64,000 nucleotides of DNA from Podarcis tiliguerta (taxonomy: Eukaryota): assembly GCA_965153285.1 (NCBI GenBank), contig OZ229116.1; one strand, written 5' to 3'. Under the pieces are notes generated by a model. That model saw only the letters and a program-made list of their open reading frames with translations. It was not told the origin of the DNA and did no database searches. The translations under genes and the position numbers were made by a program. This document shows positions 1-12,593 of this stretch, piece after piece (the stretch's first letter is position 1; each line of letters opens with the position of its first letter).

Positions 1-958
1 ACATTGCTTGAGAATATGAGCTGCATATATTTTTATTTAGAATCATAATGTGAGTCTAAGGGCTATATGCACTATTGCATAAGAAACATGTTTTATTGTC
101 TGTTTGCTGGCATATCAGGGCTGCTTAAACCTTTCTTGTCAGGGTATTCTCTTGTTGAAAACCACAAGCCCTGCCCCCCCATGTTATTACCCTCTGGAGG
201 TAAATATTATGGGGTGCTTATATTTTCTCTCCTTGCGGGTTGAATATCAGCTGGGGACAATTTTTAGTAGAAAAACATCCAGAGGGAAAAGAGTTCAGAA
301 TGTCCCCCTCCGCCTCTCTTCCTCTGATCAAACTGGCAGCCTGCAGCAAGTGCTTTTCATTCATCTCTTGAGTAGTATCCTCAATGGGCCAAAGCATGCA
401 TCCATGTACTTGGGAAGCTTCCCATGCTCCTATTTCATGCTCCTCTGCGCAGTCAAGTGCAATCCCAGAAATGGCATCTATGACGCCAATTGGTGTGTAT
501 TTCCGGAAATCGTGTTTTCTATTTCTTCAATAGTGGAATGTCCTATGTCAGCCATAAGAGAGGAATAAAGCGCTCCCTTCTACTGAATCACTAGCACAAT
601 TGTGCCTACCATAATTGGCAGCAAGCGATTCTGTTTTCCTGCTTCATGAGAAAAAGAGCAGCACACTTACTGGGGTGAAGCTGCATAAATAATCTCTCAG
701 AGGTGGAGTTATAGCCACATACAGGGGGTGGGGTGGGGGGTTCAGGACTGCACAGCCATATTGTTGGGAGTGGTGGGTACAAGGTAGCTTGACTCAAGGT
801 TGTGCTACAACATGGCATTGTTGAGGTGTGTGCCTCAAGATTATCTCTCTGGTATTGTATTTCAAAACTGTGTGTAGTCTAGAAAGTATTGGGATTTAAA
901 TCCACAGTCATTGGCAAACACCTTCATCTTGCTATCGTTCCAGACAATCAAAATCTTG

Positions 959-1187
959 GAGTTTGGATTTGATATCCCGCCTTTCACTCCCCTTCAGGAG
1001 TCTCAAAGTGGCTAACATTCTCCTTTCCCTTCCTCCCCCACAACAAACACTCTGTGAGGTGAGTGGGGCTGAGAGACTGTGACTGGCCCAAGGTCACCCA
1101 GCAGCTGCATGTGGAGGAGCGGAGACGCGAACCCGATTCCTCAGATTACGAGACTACCGCTCAACCACTACACCACACTGGCTCTCC
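959..1187 (-). mobile_element. Squam3-like tRNA/MIR-derived SINE
   Basis: Reverse complement of the copy at 4806-5055, with tRNA-like head GAGAGCCAGTGTGGTGTAGTGGTTGAG and 3' end GCGGGATATCAAATCCAAACTC. Confidence 0.85.
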
Positions 1188-1617
1188 AGAGTTGGTCATT
1201 TGTAGATTCTTCTTCATGAAAGACTGCATTTGTGGTGAGCAAAGTAGAAATTCTAGATTGCCAGCAATTGGATTGCTCACTCTATTGAGAGATTAGCTCT
1301 GAATTGCTTTCTCCTTGTTCGAAAACAGGAAAATTCAGTGCTGCTCTGTTTTTCAACGAAATGGCTTTCTTAGCAAACATTTTATGGAGGCAAATGCTGT
1401 TGTATAGTGATACAATTCTACCTTGCCAATGGAAATTCAGTGCCATGCTTTTTCCTGTATTTCATGGTATTCTGCTATGTGCTATTATACTATTATGGCT
1501 ATTTGTTAAATGCAACATTCAGCTGAAGTTTAACTGATCCAGCTAGGAAGATGCATTCTAGCAGATCCAATGCATTTCCACACATGTAAGTTTTAAAAAA
1601 CTTTGATAGACTTTTAG

Positions 1618-2103
1618 TAGGGAATGGGGTTGGGGCATAATTCAATGCTGTTTGCATTGGAAGGTGAATCATGTAATCCACACCTTCCAAAACAGTGCGT
1701 AAACCGAAACACAGCCATTCCTCTGAAATTCACACTTCTCTGAAGTTTGCAATGCAGTTATCCAGCCAAATCATGTGCACAAAAACGCATATACTAGTGT
1801 GAAGTGTGCATAGAATGGATATATTAGTGAAACTAACATTTAAAAATATATTGTCATGGGGGGGGGACTGCTTTGCAAAATTTGTACACTGGACGAAATT
1901 GCATACACAAATGTGTGCATTAGGTGAAATTCTAACTAAAATGCTGATTAATTTTCATGAGGACTTCATAGGTAGGTAGGTAGATGATAGATAGATGATG
2001 GATAGATAGATGATAGATAATAGCAAACCGATTTGTAAATGTGGAGAAGTAAACTTAATATGAGAAACTGAGGCAAAGCAAAATTCAGATTTACTCATCT
2101 CTA
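1618..2103. mobile_element. Non-autonomous DNA transposon-like repeat (TAGGGA..CATCTCTA ends, hAT-like) with internal (GATA)n
   Basis: Shares blocks (ttgcaatgcagtt.tcca.ccaa; gctgat.aattttcatgagga) with copies at 13.36-14.02, 42.94-43.31 and 56.79-57.23 kb. Confidence 0.55.
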
Positions 2104-2150
2104 CGTCTGAGAGAAGTATATGGAATTTTATTCATTTTTCCTGTTTATAG

Positions 2151-2207
2151 ATTTGTGGATCAGTAAGGTGTAGCGGTATCACAGCTTTCGAGGAACGGAT
2201 GTGCTGA
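2151..2207 (+). CDS. Candidate terminal coding exon of an unidentified plus-strand gene (ICGSVRCSGITAFEERMC* in phase 0; other phases give xLWISKV* or xFVDQ*)
   Basis: Strong acceptor ttcatttttcctgtttatag|, retained CpGs, followed by about 700 bp of unique AT-rich UTR-like sequence with AATAAA at 2586 and 2919. Confidence 0.35.
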   Translation: MCGSVRCSGITAFEERMC

Positions 2208-3432
2208 TTCACTGCAGAATGCAAATACTATTTCTTGTATAAATCTACATTTAATATTGTGGCAGCTGTAGCCCAGTCATATGCACTATATTAAATGGGT
2301 TTGTTTCCAAATAAGTGTGCATAGGATTGTAGCCTGGAGGGGGGCACACACATTCTGAATTAATTTAATTCTTTGCAAATATCTTTTAAAGTCTAGTGTG
2401 TGGATTTTTAGGCTTAGTTCTGGATTCTGAGTATTTAGTGTTGATTGAAGAGGTTCATTATCACTAGCTCCATCGTTCCATTAGAAACCTGATTGCAAAG
2501 TGTTAATTCTGTTTTTTCCTAAGTTGTTTGATTCTCGGCTGAACCCAACACTCCTAAGTAGGTATTTGTTTATGCAACCGTAGTGAATAAATATGCTGAC
2601 TGGCTTGCAGTCATACATATTCTAACGCAGCATCTGTCTTTGTTTAAACTGCAGTCATACTTTGAAAAGTGAGTTTGTACAGCTTGCACCATGGTTATTG
2701 TATCTCGATTGGTCTCCATTTCAAATCACCTCAGTTTATAGGTGTGGCATTGGTGTTGTTGTTTTTTAAGTAACTACTTTTATAAGATTATTGCATTGTT
2801 AGATCCAAGTGCATTCGTTTTGGTCCTTACTTGGTCACGGTATTTATGTTTGCATGACTTTATATGCATTGTAGCTTAGAGTGTTGAAGTTGGTTAATCA
2901 GACACAAGCTATTGGAATAATAAAAAAAATAAAAATCTGGTCCCTTTCTCCTTGAGGCAGTTTTGAATTATTTCTCCAAAGACAAAACATAAAAGTTCAA
3001 ATAGCCAGGCAAACATGGCCAGTAAATGCCTCCATTTACAACACAAAGGCTTTTCTCTGCTAATACAGCCCTGAGCAGCGTTGTGCAATTTTTGCCTGAT
3101 CTTTTGTTTACTAAATGATTTAGCACTGAAATGCTGTGGAGTTGTCAAATATTTGTCTATTCCTCCGCTCCCACTTCATGAATACTTGAATATCTATTTA
3201 CCAAAATTATTTTGCAACTGAACCAGAATACACTCCTATGAATATTTTGAGCTCATTGTAGACCATCAGCAGGAGTATGGCTTGGCCAGGACCCTAACCC
3301 TTGAATGACACCAAGGTTTTTTAAAATTGTATTTGTGAATTTTATGTATTATGATACAATAATGTCAATTAAAAAGAATGTAAAAAATGACTATTATAAA
3401 GTTTCCAAGGAGAGAAAGATCAGAAAGGAGAG

Positions 3433-3541
3433 TAAAGGTAAAGGGACCCCTGACTGTTAAGTCCAGTCACGGACGACTCTGGGGTTGGGGTGATCATCCC
3501 ACTTTACTGGCTGAGGGAGCCGGCGTTTTGTCCGCAGACAG
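3433..3541 (-). mobile_element. Sauria SINE, 3' fragment
   Basis: taaaggtaaagggacccctgactgttaagtccagtc = reverse complement of the (ACCTTT)n tail end; matches the copy at 25937. Confidence 0.85.
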
Positions 3542-3694
3542 TAACATATAGATAATTTGATTAGTTTAAGCAAGTTATAAGGAGGTATTTCATCTGTTAC
3601 TTTATAATTCCAAAGCTGAATGTACAATGCCCATCTCTCAATAAATTTGTTTTGATAATTATATTTTATAGCATTTCTGATGTATGACCCCAAG

Positions 3695-4454
3695 TGTCAG
3701 GGGTTCAGGAGCAGAGTCACAGGAGAGGGAGGAAATGGAGAGCGAGGGGGAGGAGTCCGAAGGAAATGTCAGCGATGACAGCAGTCCGAGGTCTCTGAGT
3801 CTCTCCAGTGACTCGGAGGATTCACAGAAAGGGGCCCCCATAGTCAGGGCAAGGGGAGTGCCCAGGGGGACACCTCGGGAAGAAGGGGCCAAAGGGGACT
3901 CAGAGAGTAGCAGCTGGAAATCCGGACCAGCGTCCCCCCCAGAGTGCAGTAGGGGGGAGGAGTCCCAGGCATCGGGATCAGGTGGCGCGCGGGCAGAGGG
4001 AGAACGTGAGGCAGGAGTGACCACACCCTCGTCAGGGAGCGAGGAAACGGTCATCAGGAAAGTTAAACGCGCGCGCGCGCCAAGTTCAAATGTACAGGAG
4101 GGCGGCAAGGTGGGCAGCCCGGGTAGGGAGCCAGGTCCTAAAGCCCGCCGAAGAGAGGGGGAGGAGTCAGAGGGGTCAACGTCTGCGTCAGAAGAGTCCA
4201 GGAGGGAGGAGACCCCGGGGGGTAGTAGGACCCAGAGGAAGAGAGAGAGAAGGAAGAGGTGGAGTAAGATTAGAGTCTTAAACTGGTGCACAGGGGGCGG
4301 AGACTCAGACGGAGCTTCGCCGGTCTAGAGTCCAGACGTAGAGCTGGGACGCTGAGGCTTGGAAATGGAGACTATTCTTCAATAAAGACTTTGATACTTT
4401 ACTACCGGCTAGCGTTGGTCCTTGGTGAGCTGGGACCAGGAGCCAGCTCTGACA
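3695..4454 (+). mobile_element. Young solo LTR (760 bp) of an LTR retrotransposon, probably Gypsy-type
   Basis: Termini TGTCAG...CTGACA, perfect 5-bp TSD CCAAG (3690-3694 / 4455-4459), AATAAA at 4381, GC- and CpG-rich relative to flanks. Confidence 0.9.
3735..4328 (+). CDS. LTR-internal ORF, 197 aa from ATG (Glu/Ser/Gly-rich with basic C-terminal patch RKRERRKRWSK)
   Basis: Frame is open from the LTR edge (T|GTC AGG) to TAG at 4326-4328; ATG in GAAATGG context; many in-frame GAG and TCA codons; polyA signal about 50 bp after the stop. Confidence 0.45.
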   Translation: MESEGEESEGNVSDDSSPRSLSLSSDSEDSQKGAPIVRARGVPRGTPREEGAKGDSESSSWKSGPASPPECSRGEESQASGSGGARAEGEREAGVTTPSSGSEETVIRKVKRARAPSSNVQEGGKVGSPGREPGPKARRREGEESEGSTSASEESRREETPGGSRTQRKRERRKRWSKIRVLNWCTGGGDSDGASPV

Positions 4455-4805
4455 CCAAGTTTTAAACAATGACATTTGCTTATGTATGACACACATACCA
4501 AGTTAAGCCTTGCAATGGTATCTCTGAAGTGTTGAAACTTGTACAAAAAAACTGGTTGGACTGACAGAAGATGAAGGTACACCCTCAGAGGCCTTCTTGC
4601 CAGTTCCATCCACATGTCCTCTTCTGAGTTTCTCCTAGTTCTTATACATCAGAGCTGAGGAACCTTTCTCAGTCCAAGGACCACATCCTCTTCTTGACAA
4701 CCTAGGCCAGGTGCCCGTGATGGGGAGGTCCAGAGGCAAAGTGGGTAGAGCAAAAAACGTTAATTTTACTTTTGTGCAGTAGTCTAGCTTCCATACACTC
4801 TCACA

Positions 4806-5055
4806 CCAGTGTGGTGTGGTGGTTAAGAGTGATAGACTCGTAATCTGGGGAACCAGGTTCACATCTCCGCTCCTCCACAGGCAGCTGCTGGGTGACCTTG
4901 GGCTAGTCACACTTCTCTGAAGTCTCTCAGCCCCACTCACCTCACAGAGTGTTTGTTGTGGGGGAGGAAGGGAAAAGAGATTGTTAGCCGCTTTGAGGCT
5001 CCTTCGGATAGTGATAAAGTGGGATATCAAATCCAAACTCTTCTTCCTCTTCTTC
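4806..5055 (+). mobile_element. Squam3-like SINE, near full length
   Basis: A-box-like gtggtgtggtggttaag, B-box-like ggttcacatctcc, (CTT)n tail. Confidence 0.88.
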
Positions 5056-6370
5056 ACACGCCCTTCCAGGCAAGCAAGAAGCATTATCAGAGTTCAAAAA
5101 CACAGTCCAGCCAGGCAAAAAACAACAACAAAAGCCCTCAAGGAGAGTTTGAAGCAGAGCCAGTGAGAGATATGGCCTAGGGAAAGGGAGTGCGGTTCCT
5201 AGAGAATATCCTCAGAGCAAAGACAGAGAGGCCTCATTTGATCTCCAGGTCTCAACCCCCGTTCTACTTTCTCCATGCCTTCTTCACCTCATGCCAAACA
5301 TAAACTTTGGTGTTCCAGAGGGCAGTAACATTGAGTGTCTGGCACATCCAGAGACCAGCTAAATACATGCTGCCATGGGCTTCCATTGTGGGTGGAAGGG
5401 TTTTTGGAACTCAGAATTCCCCTCTTCAAGTCCAGTCATATGCTTTAGAAAGCAAAGGGATTCCCCCTTTACAGCAGTGCCTCACAACTTTCTCCCAAGC
5501 CCACACTTGTCTATGCACTTGGGAAGCAGCTGAGAAGCAGGATAATGCTTCTTTCTTTTTTAAGAGATAAGAATCTGGGAATTGGGTAATTCAGAGAATT
5601 CAGACTTGTTCATTTTCGGAACTGTTATGCCTCTGGTGTGTTAAGTACAATATGCTGTATACTGACAGAAATGTTCACGATAGCTTTCCTCCTCATAACA
5701 TTGCAATATTGTTTTTCAGATTTCAAAATTTGATTACCTCACGTCAATACCCCTCTGAAATGCCCCCATGGTTTAGCAGTTTGTGAAAGTATGGCCGTTC
5801 AATTGATTCATCAATTAAAAGCCAGATGATTAATCAACTAAAAATCTTTAATCGCTTTACCACTGTAGTGTCAAAGGCCATGATCCAGCACAGTTACGGC
5901 AAACTAAAATCAATGGAAATTACTTGAGCAATCACAGGTAATTGCTATATACTTGACTGTCTTCATGGAACCACAGTCCTCATACTTACTTTTAAATAAC
6001 ATTATTTTGTTGGACTCTTTTCATCAGTTCCCATTCAAAGTGCTTTGTAGTTCATTTGTCTGAAAGAACACCCCCAACATTCCCCTTTCTTCATCTGGAA
6101 TCACATGAACAGCTTTCTTTGAAACAAGCTGGGACAGGTCTTCTACATATGATGTACACTGTAAATCTCAAGTCTCTCATTCTCTCCGCTAAACCCCTTG
6201 CCTTATACATAGTCTGGAATCTTCATTCCAGTCCCAGTAAGACTAATATATCCAATCCAGCTCCAATAGGGTTGATGGATTGACTGATGGGGGGAGATGG
6301 AGGCAATTTTTCTCAGCTCTTCTTCAATCCCATAGGCACGTAGCATTTGACAGATTGGGCAGAGCTGCCA

Positions 6371-6502
6371 NNNNNNNNNNNNNNNNNNNNNNNNNNNNNN
6401 NNNNNNNNNNNNNNNNNNNNNNNNNNNNNNNNNNNNNNNNNNNNNNNNNNNNNNNNNNNNNNNNNNNNNNNNNNNNNNNNNNNNNNNNNNNNNNNNNNNN
6501 NN
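6371..6502. other. N-run of 132 bp (probable mask over conserved sequence)
   Basis: Unique non-repetitive flanks; length pattern shared with the other N-runs. Confidence 0.5.
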
Positions 6503-8436
6503 GCAAACAGCAGCCTTGAGGAAGGAATGGAAGAGTATTCTCTTACAATATAGAAAAATGGTATTTTTCTGTTTTCCATGCTGAAACACTCTCTCTTTTT
6601 ATTTTTTATTTTTTATTTTTTGAAAGGGGCAAAAAAGAAATATGAGCTTCCCAGAAGAAAATTTGAACCTAATCTGATTCAAATCTCGTACTCTCTCATA
6701 GCAACACTCAATATGGTGAAACCTTTTTCCTTTTGTGAGAAGGAAAAAATACATTAATTTTAATAGAGAACTAATTAAAAGATCAATTATATGCAAGTGC
6801 ACATGAAGCTACTGACAGACTCATTTCTAAAGGTCTCCTGTAAAAGGAATACAACTAAAGAAATACAAAGGATCATTGCTGGAAAAGATTGTTGATCCAA
6901 TTTTGAATAGCTTGAGATAATCTCTTCTTGAAACTTTCAGGGTTATTTTTCTCTCTCTATTAAACTTTATACATTTTCCCCCCTCTAAAGTTTTCTTTTC
7001 CTCTTCAGGAAATACAGTAATAGAAAAAGAATGTTGTGATGAAATACAACGTACAGACCAAGATATTTTCATCAATTTTTCTAGCAGCTCTCTGTGTGGG
7101 CTGGTTCACACAAACATGCGGCTCTTATTGTCTCCATATGGCCATATACTCAAATAGCCATTTCCATGATTGCAGGGATGTGGAAAAGAGCAGAGAAGGG
7201 TGCAGCTCGGCATTATGAGGAACACAAGGCTGTCATCAAAAATGGCGGCCCCGTGTCAAGTTCTCCCCTTGCTACTGATGGGTGAAATGACTCCATTATG
7301 ATTAGTAAACAGGCATGATTTATGAGCGCAGCTGAACAAAAACTCAGGAGGGGGAAAGAGCTCTCCAAATTCCAAGCTGTCTAATCATGGTCAAATTTTA
7401 GTGCATTGCTAAAGTGCGCCTTGGGAATGCAGTGTGTTTAGTGCAATTGTTCCCTGATTGGCTAACGTCATGGGCTTTGTTCATGTGCTGCTGCCCCATA
7501 TGGTGAACAGCGGAACCTCAAGTTGAAACACCTGGCTAGGCAGGCAGGCTATTGAATCCTCCTGTACAGGAAATACAACAAGAGGACTTCCTGCTCCAGT
7601 TGAGCCTTGCTCATGAAACAAGCAATGAGCAATGGCATGTTGCTATACCCTTTAGTTGTCCTGACTTTGGGGTTGCTTCTTGGTCCTGCCTTACCCTATG
7701 GTCCTAAACAGTGTCTTCGTCCATTGCCTCTGACTCCCAGCTCACCTCACGGTCTAGCAGTGACATTTACAAACTGATGAGACACACATGGAGTAACTGA
7801 AGAATTAAAGAAACATCTGAGCAGCTACAAAGATGGCGGACACCACTCAACTTTGCCGCATTAGTCATGCTACCCACATGAACTGTGTAAGTGCAAAAAG
7901 CCAAATTAACTTGCACTGAAACTTGTTTAAATTATGAATGCATTACGATTTAAATACATTAGAGTCAGGGCTCGTTATACATACAGGATTTAAAAGCAAT
8001 CTAGATTCATATTTTGCACCAGATGGTTACAAGCTTTTATGGCATCACTAGTTCTTCATCTCTGTAACCAGCCACACAATGTTTGCCCCATGTCCTCACA
8101 TCATATCATGTCCCTACTACTGCTAGGCATGGATGGGTAGCTGGGACAAAATATGGATTCTGCTCTAAAGTCTCCCTTCCTGAACTAGCCAAGGATGTAT
8201 CTGTGTTCATGTTGAAGTCCCCCCGAGCTTATTATGCTGGGGCACTTCACACTCTATTGTCATGAGTGGCCAGGTTTTGAGATCATCAAGAGTAGAATCG
8301 AATAAGCTCGACACCACAAGAAAGAGTTCCCAAAAGTTTCACTGCAAAATGTCTTAAACTGGTTACAAAATAAAAATTGCAAATACAAATCAACACAGTT
8401 TAAAGAAGTTAACTTGGATAGTAAGGTGTGTGAAAT

Positions 8437-8844
8437 CTATTTATTTATCGTGAAATAATTTTTTATTGGTTTTACAAATACAAAATATAAATGAACACAA
8501 ATTGTAAAAAACAAATCTGTATAAAGAGATTCTCTGAATCTTGAGACTTCCCCACCCCCCTTCCCCTCTGTGGGCTCCCATTTTAAACATCTAGAACTGC
8601 ATATTCAGTCATACTCCAATTTTTATATAAAAACATATTATCCATAATAATTTTTACACCACAAGTGAGTCAAAATCCTGCTGTTGTTTCCATCTGCTTA
8701 CAGTGGTCTCTTAAGTAAGTTATAAAATTTCCCCATTCATTTATAAAGTTTTTATCCTCTTGGTTTCTGAGTTTTCCAGTCAGCTTTGCCATCTCAGCAT
8801 AGTCCATCATCTTGGTTTGCCATTCTTCTCTGGTAGGATCTTCC
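8437..8844 (-). mobile_element. L1-clade LINE 3' end
   Basis: Minus strand reads EDPTREEWQTKMMDYAEMAKLTGKLRNQEDKNFINEWGKF (lizard L1 ORF2 C-terminus type), A-rich tail, 15-bp TSD taaggtgtgt(g/t)aaat. Confidence 0.8.
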
Positions 8845-10064
8845 TAAGGTGTGTTAAATTTAAATGGGAATTATGAAAACTGGTAAACACCTTTGAGGAT
8901 GATGGGTGTTTCCAGAAGCCAGCTATTTGGGCCGTGGGGCCCTTAGCTTTGTTTGGGGGCATCCTTGAGGCTAACTTGCCTAACCTGTCCAGAATTGTGG
9001 AGCCCCAGGAAGGGGTGGAGTTAGGAAGCCCTCCCTACTCACCTTAACAGTGTGCCCCAGGTCAAGAGCCAGTCATATCCCTTACCCTGGGCAGGGCCTA
9101 TGACTCAACCAAAGCTCTTAACTTATACTAGTATTACACATTGTTCATTTGCCCCCAAGAAATCTGTAAATGTGGCACATTCTCTGTGTCTTGATTCTTA
9201 TTTTCTTCTTCCAGTCGCAACAATCCCATCAAGATTACTGTTTTGCAGCGTATTATCAATGCGTTCATAAACATCAACCCATTGATGGTGAAAAATGGAA
9301 ATGAAGTGAAGGAAGGGACACCTGGGTTAAACTGTGCATGCTGCAATTCAGAGATTAATTATAGAAATTCTCCAAATCAAACTGGAATTCTGGAGGCATG
9401 AAACCATTTGATTCTCAATCACTGCTTGGACCAAGTCCACTACAGTCCTTAAAAAAAAAAATCTACAGCCAGAGCAGTATGTATATTGCAAATTTGCAGA
9501 AGTGTAGAAAATGTGTTAAAAGCACATCTTTCAACCACTGGACAACTTCACCTTTTAAAAACATGCATTTGTGTGTTTAACTCAGTGTTGCCTACAATGT
9601 CTGGCAGCAGATTGTCTCCAGGATTTCAGAGTGAAGTCTTACCCAGCTCAAATTCTAGGGTTTGAACGTTGGAAATTCTGCATGCAACGCATATATCCAA
9701 CCAGTGCACTATTACATTAACCAAAATAGCACAATAGCTGGATAACATGTGGATGCTGAGAAAAATTCTGCAAGTTTTCTCCATAAAACGCAGAATTACT
9801 GCTACAGAATCTGAACTGATTTTTGTGAGATCTTTATTAGGTTAGCTTTCACGTAGCCCCACATAGAGGAGAAACTGAGGCACACAGGCTAGTTCAAGGT
9901 CATATCTGAATGGAATCTCTGGCATTTACATCTTTGGATCTCTTCTAGGCGTTTGTCGACTCAAAGCATCCCGCTTTCTGGAGAGGAGAGTCATTTGGAC
10001 AGTTCAAAAGGTTTAGGTTTACAAAGCCTTGTGACACAGTTCATTTTGTTATAAGCTGCTCAAA

Positions 10065-10212
10065 NNNNNNNNNNNNNNNNNNNNNNNNNNNNNNNNNNNN
10101 NNNNNNNNNNNNNNNNNNNNNNNNNNNNNNNNNNNNNNNNNNNNNNNNNNNNNNNNNNNNNNNNNNNNNNNNNNNNNNNNNNNNNNNNNNNNNNNNNNNN
10201 NNNNNNNNNNNN
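10065..10212. other. N-run of 148 bp (probable mask over conserved sequence)
   Basis: Separated from the next N-run by only 116 bp of unique sequence. Confidence 0.5.
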
Positions 10213-10328
10213 ACTGTACAGGAGGCTATTTTCCCCTTTGCTGCACTGAGCAGAAAGCAGCTTCCTTCATCAGAATAAGCCATTAGCTGTAATGGCATGT
10301 AGGTGTAATGGAATGTGCTCGAAACATC

Positions 10329-10484
10329 NNNNNNNNNNNNNNNNNNNNNNNNNNNNNNNNNNNNNNNNNNNNNNNNNNNNNNNNNNNNNNNNNNNNNNNN
10401 NNNNNNNNNNNNNNNNNNNNNNNNNNNNNNNNNNNNNNNNNNNNNNNNNNNNNNNNNNNNNNNNNNNNNNNNNNNNNNNNNNNN
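10329..10484. other. N-run of 156 bp (probable mask over conserved sequence)
   Basis: Directly followed by SOX-like gaacaaagg. Confidence 0.5.
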
Positions 10485-12593
10485 GAACAAAGGATTTTAA
10501 TTTTTTTTTTCCTCTTTCCCTTTATTGCTCTTATATGGCATCTGTTCTCTGTTGGGCTTTGACTTAATGAACTGATCTGGAAAAAATGTAGCAGAAAATG
10601 CAGTTTAGCAAAAGAGATTGTAGCTGTATAAACATGAAAATAGCTTGGTCCCCCCCCCCCTTCTCTCTCCTTTGATGAAATCTTCATTAACCAAAATAGA
10701 CCCTTGCATTCATATTATTCCACTTGATATAGGCTGACACATCTAAAGGGGATCTTTACCGTTTTGTTTTGTTTTTAATATGTTTGTAACAGCAATATCC
10801 ACATCTAAATGTTTGAAAGACTATTGAATTACATTCCTGGTTTTTTGGAAGCTTGTTTTTAAATCTGCATTATTTGTTTCTTATGGTGGGGAGTTGGCAG
10901 TAGTGGGAATCTGAGTCCATGCATTTTCTATTTTGAGATCTAACTATAAGTAGATTGCATTTTTTATAACAGTTCTTTTAGCCCAATTTCATTATCCATT
11001 CAGCTGAAAAGCATTTTTTAAAAAACTGGGAAACTTACTCTAAGGAATATAGGTAAATGTTTTGCCAATTTTTAATAGCAAAATGGTTAGGATCATTAAA
11101 AAATATAGATGCTTTAAGTGGGAAAGGTTCAAATACAACAAAGCAGGATAGCGTAATATAATGGGCAAATATTAGGGTTGGTAGGTTTTTTTAATCATTC
11201 TCTTCATCTTCTGCTTTCTAATTATAAATGACAACAAAGCACGACATTCACCAGCATTCTTCTTCTTCTTCTTCCATATGAAATAAAGCTTTCTGAGCCA
11301 ATGCCAGTTACAAAAAAAATAAAAATAAAAATCCCGAGCTATGAAGTTTAAAATATGTAGGGAGGCAAAAGGGTAATAAAAATGCAAAAGCTAATAATAT
11401 TACGGCAACTGCCATTGTTTACAATGTAGAGCACCTGCTGTTAAAAAAAAAAAAAAAGACAAGAGGAAGAAAAAGTGAAATCATCAAACTGTTCCTAAAT
11501 GGAAAATCTGGGAACCAAGCCAATTCCACAATGTGTTTCAGGTGTACTGTAAATAGGAACAATAAAAGGTGCAGAGGAGAAAATCAGAAATGTTAAATCT
11601 CACAGACATTAGAATATTATGATGATGTTACTTGAAAGAAGAACCTTGGGCACCTTCCAGATTTCTTGTGTGACGAAATGGGTTGAACATTTTACCATTG
11701 TATACAGTTGTAAAAATCTAATTATCCTTTAGGACGGGGAGGGGGGCAGCGGAAACACCTTGATTAAATTGACCCCAAATAAGTCGGGTGGTGGCGGCGG
11801 CAGTGAGCAGGCATGCTGAGAAGTCTCTTGAGACCTCCCTATTGCCAGACACTGTTAGCGAGGGAAGCGCTGAGAATATTTATAACAAAGGACAAGAGTA
11901 ATAGACTTACACGTGCCATTCTGCCGATACCTAGGCCTCAAGCAGAGGGGCTTAGAAAACTGAAATATCCCATTTCACCTCACTGGAAAGTAGTTCTTTT
12001 TCAGAGCCCAGACAGCCCAACTAGACTTTCAGTTGACCATCTTTTCCAGCCTTACCTGGAGATGCCAGGGGTGGAATATAAGATCTACCCACTAAGCTAT
12101 TGCTTTTCTCCCTGACCCCCATCTCAGTTCTCCTCCACGTTCACCCAGAAGTAAGTTCCACTGAAATCAACAGAAGTCACTTTCCATCAAGGAATCAGAG
12201 CAGCCTGGTAGGTGGCTGGAAGCTCAGTTGTGCCCATCTGAGAGAGCAGAAGGGCTATTTTTATTTGATTAATAATTTTATTTGTCCTGTTCCACATCAC
12301 AACTGCTTTGGGGCCAGGTCACAACAATATAAAATACAATACTGACAGAGACAAGAAATAAAATACAATTACATATCATAGTCACCAATGGCAATTACAG
12401 ATATCATGGCCAGGTTGCCCTGTGCAAAGGAAACTGGTGCAGAGAGATAAAAAGAGGAGGAGGCAGCCAAAGCTCAGAGGGAAGCATGTTCCATAAACAG
12501 GGTGGCATTCCCAAGAAGGTCCTGTGGAAAGTCATATATCTCTTTTTCTTAGTCAAAAAAGCCTCCTCAGTTGCAACAGATGAGAGAGGGAGG

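Noticed and set aside
104-568. 154-aa ORF
   Set aside because: Non-ATG start, no recognisable domain, no convincing splice boundaries
3659-4291. 210-aa antisense ORF over the LTR
   Set aside because: Leu/Ser/Pro-rich mirror of a purine-rich strand; explained by composition and by the sense ORF
6203-6589. ORFs spanning N-runs (also at 10.0-10.7, 15.0-15.6, 32.9, 51.0 and 55.6 kb)
   Set aside because: Length is an artefact of X codons
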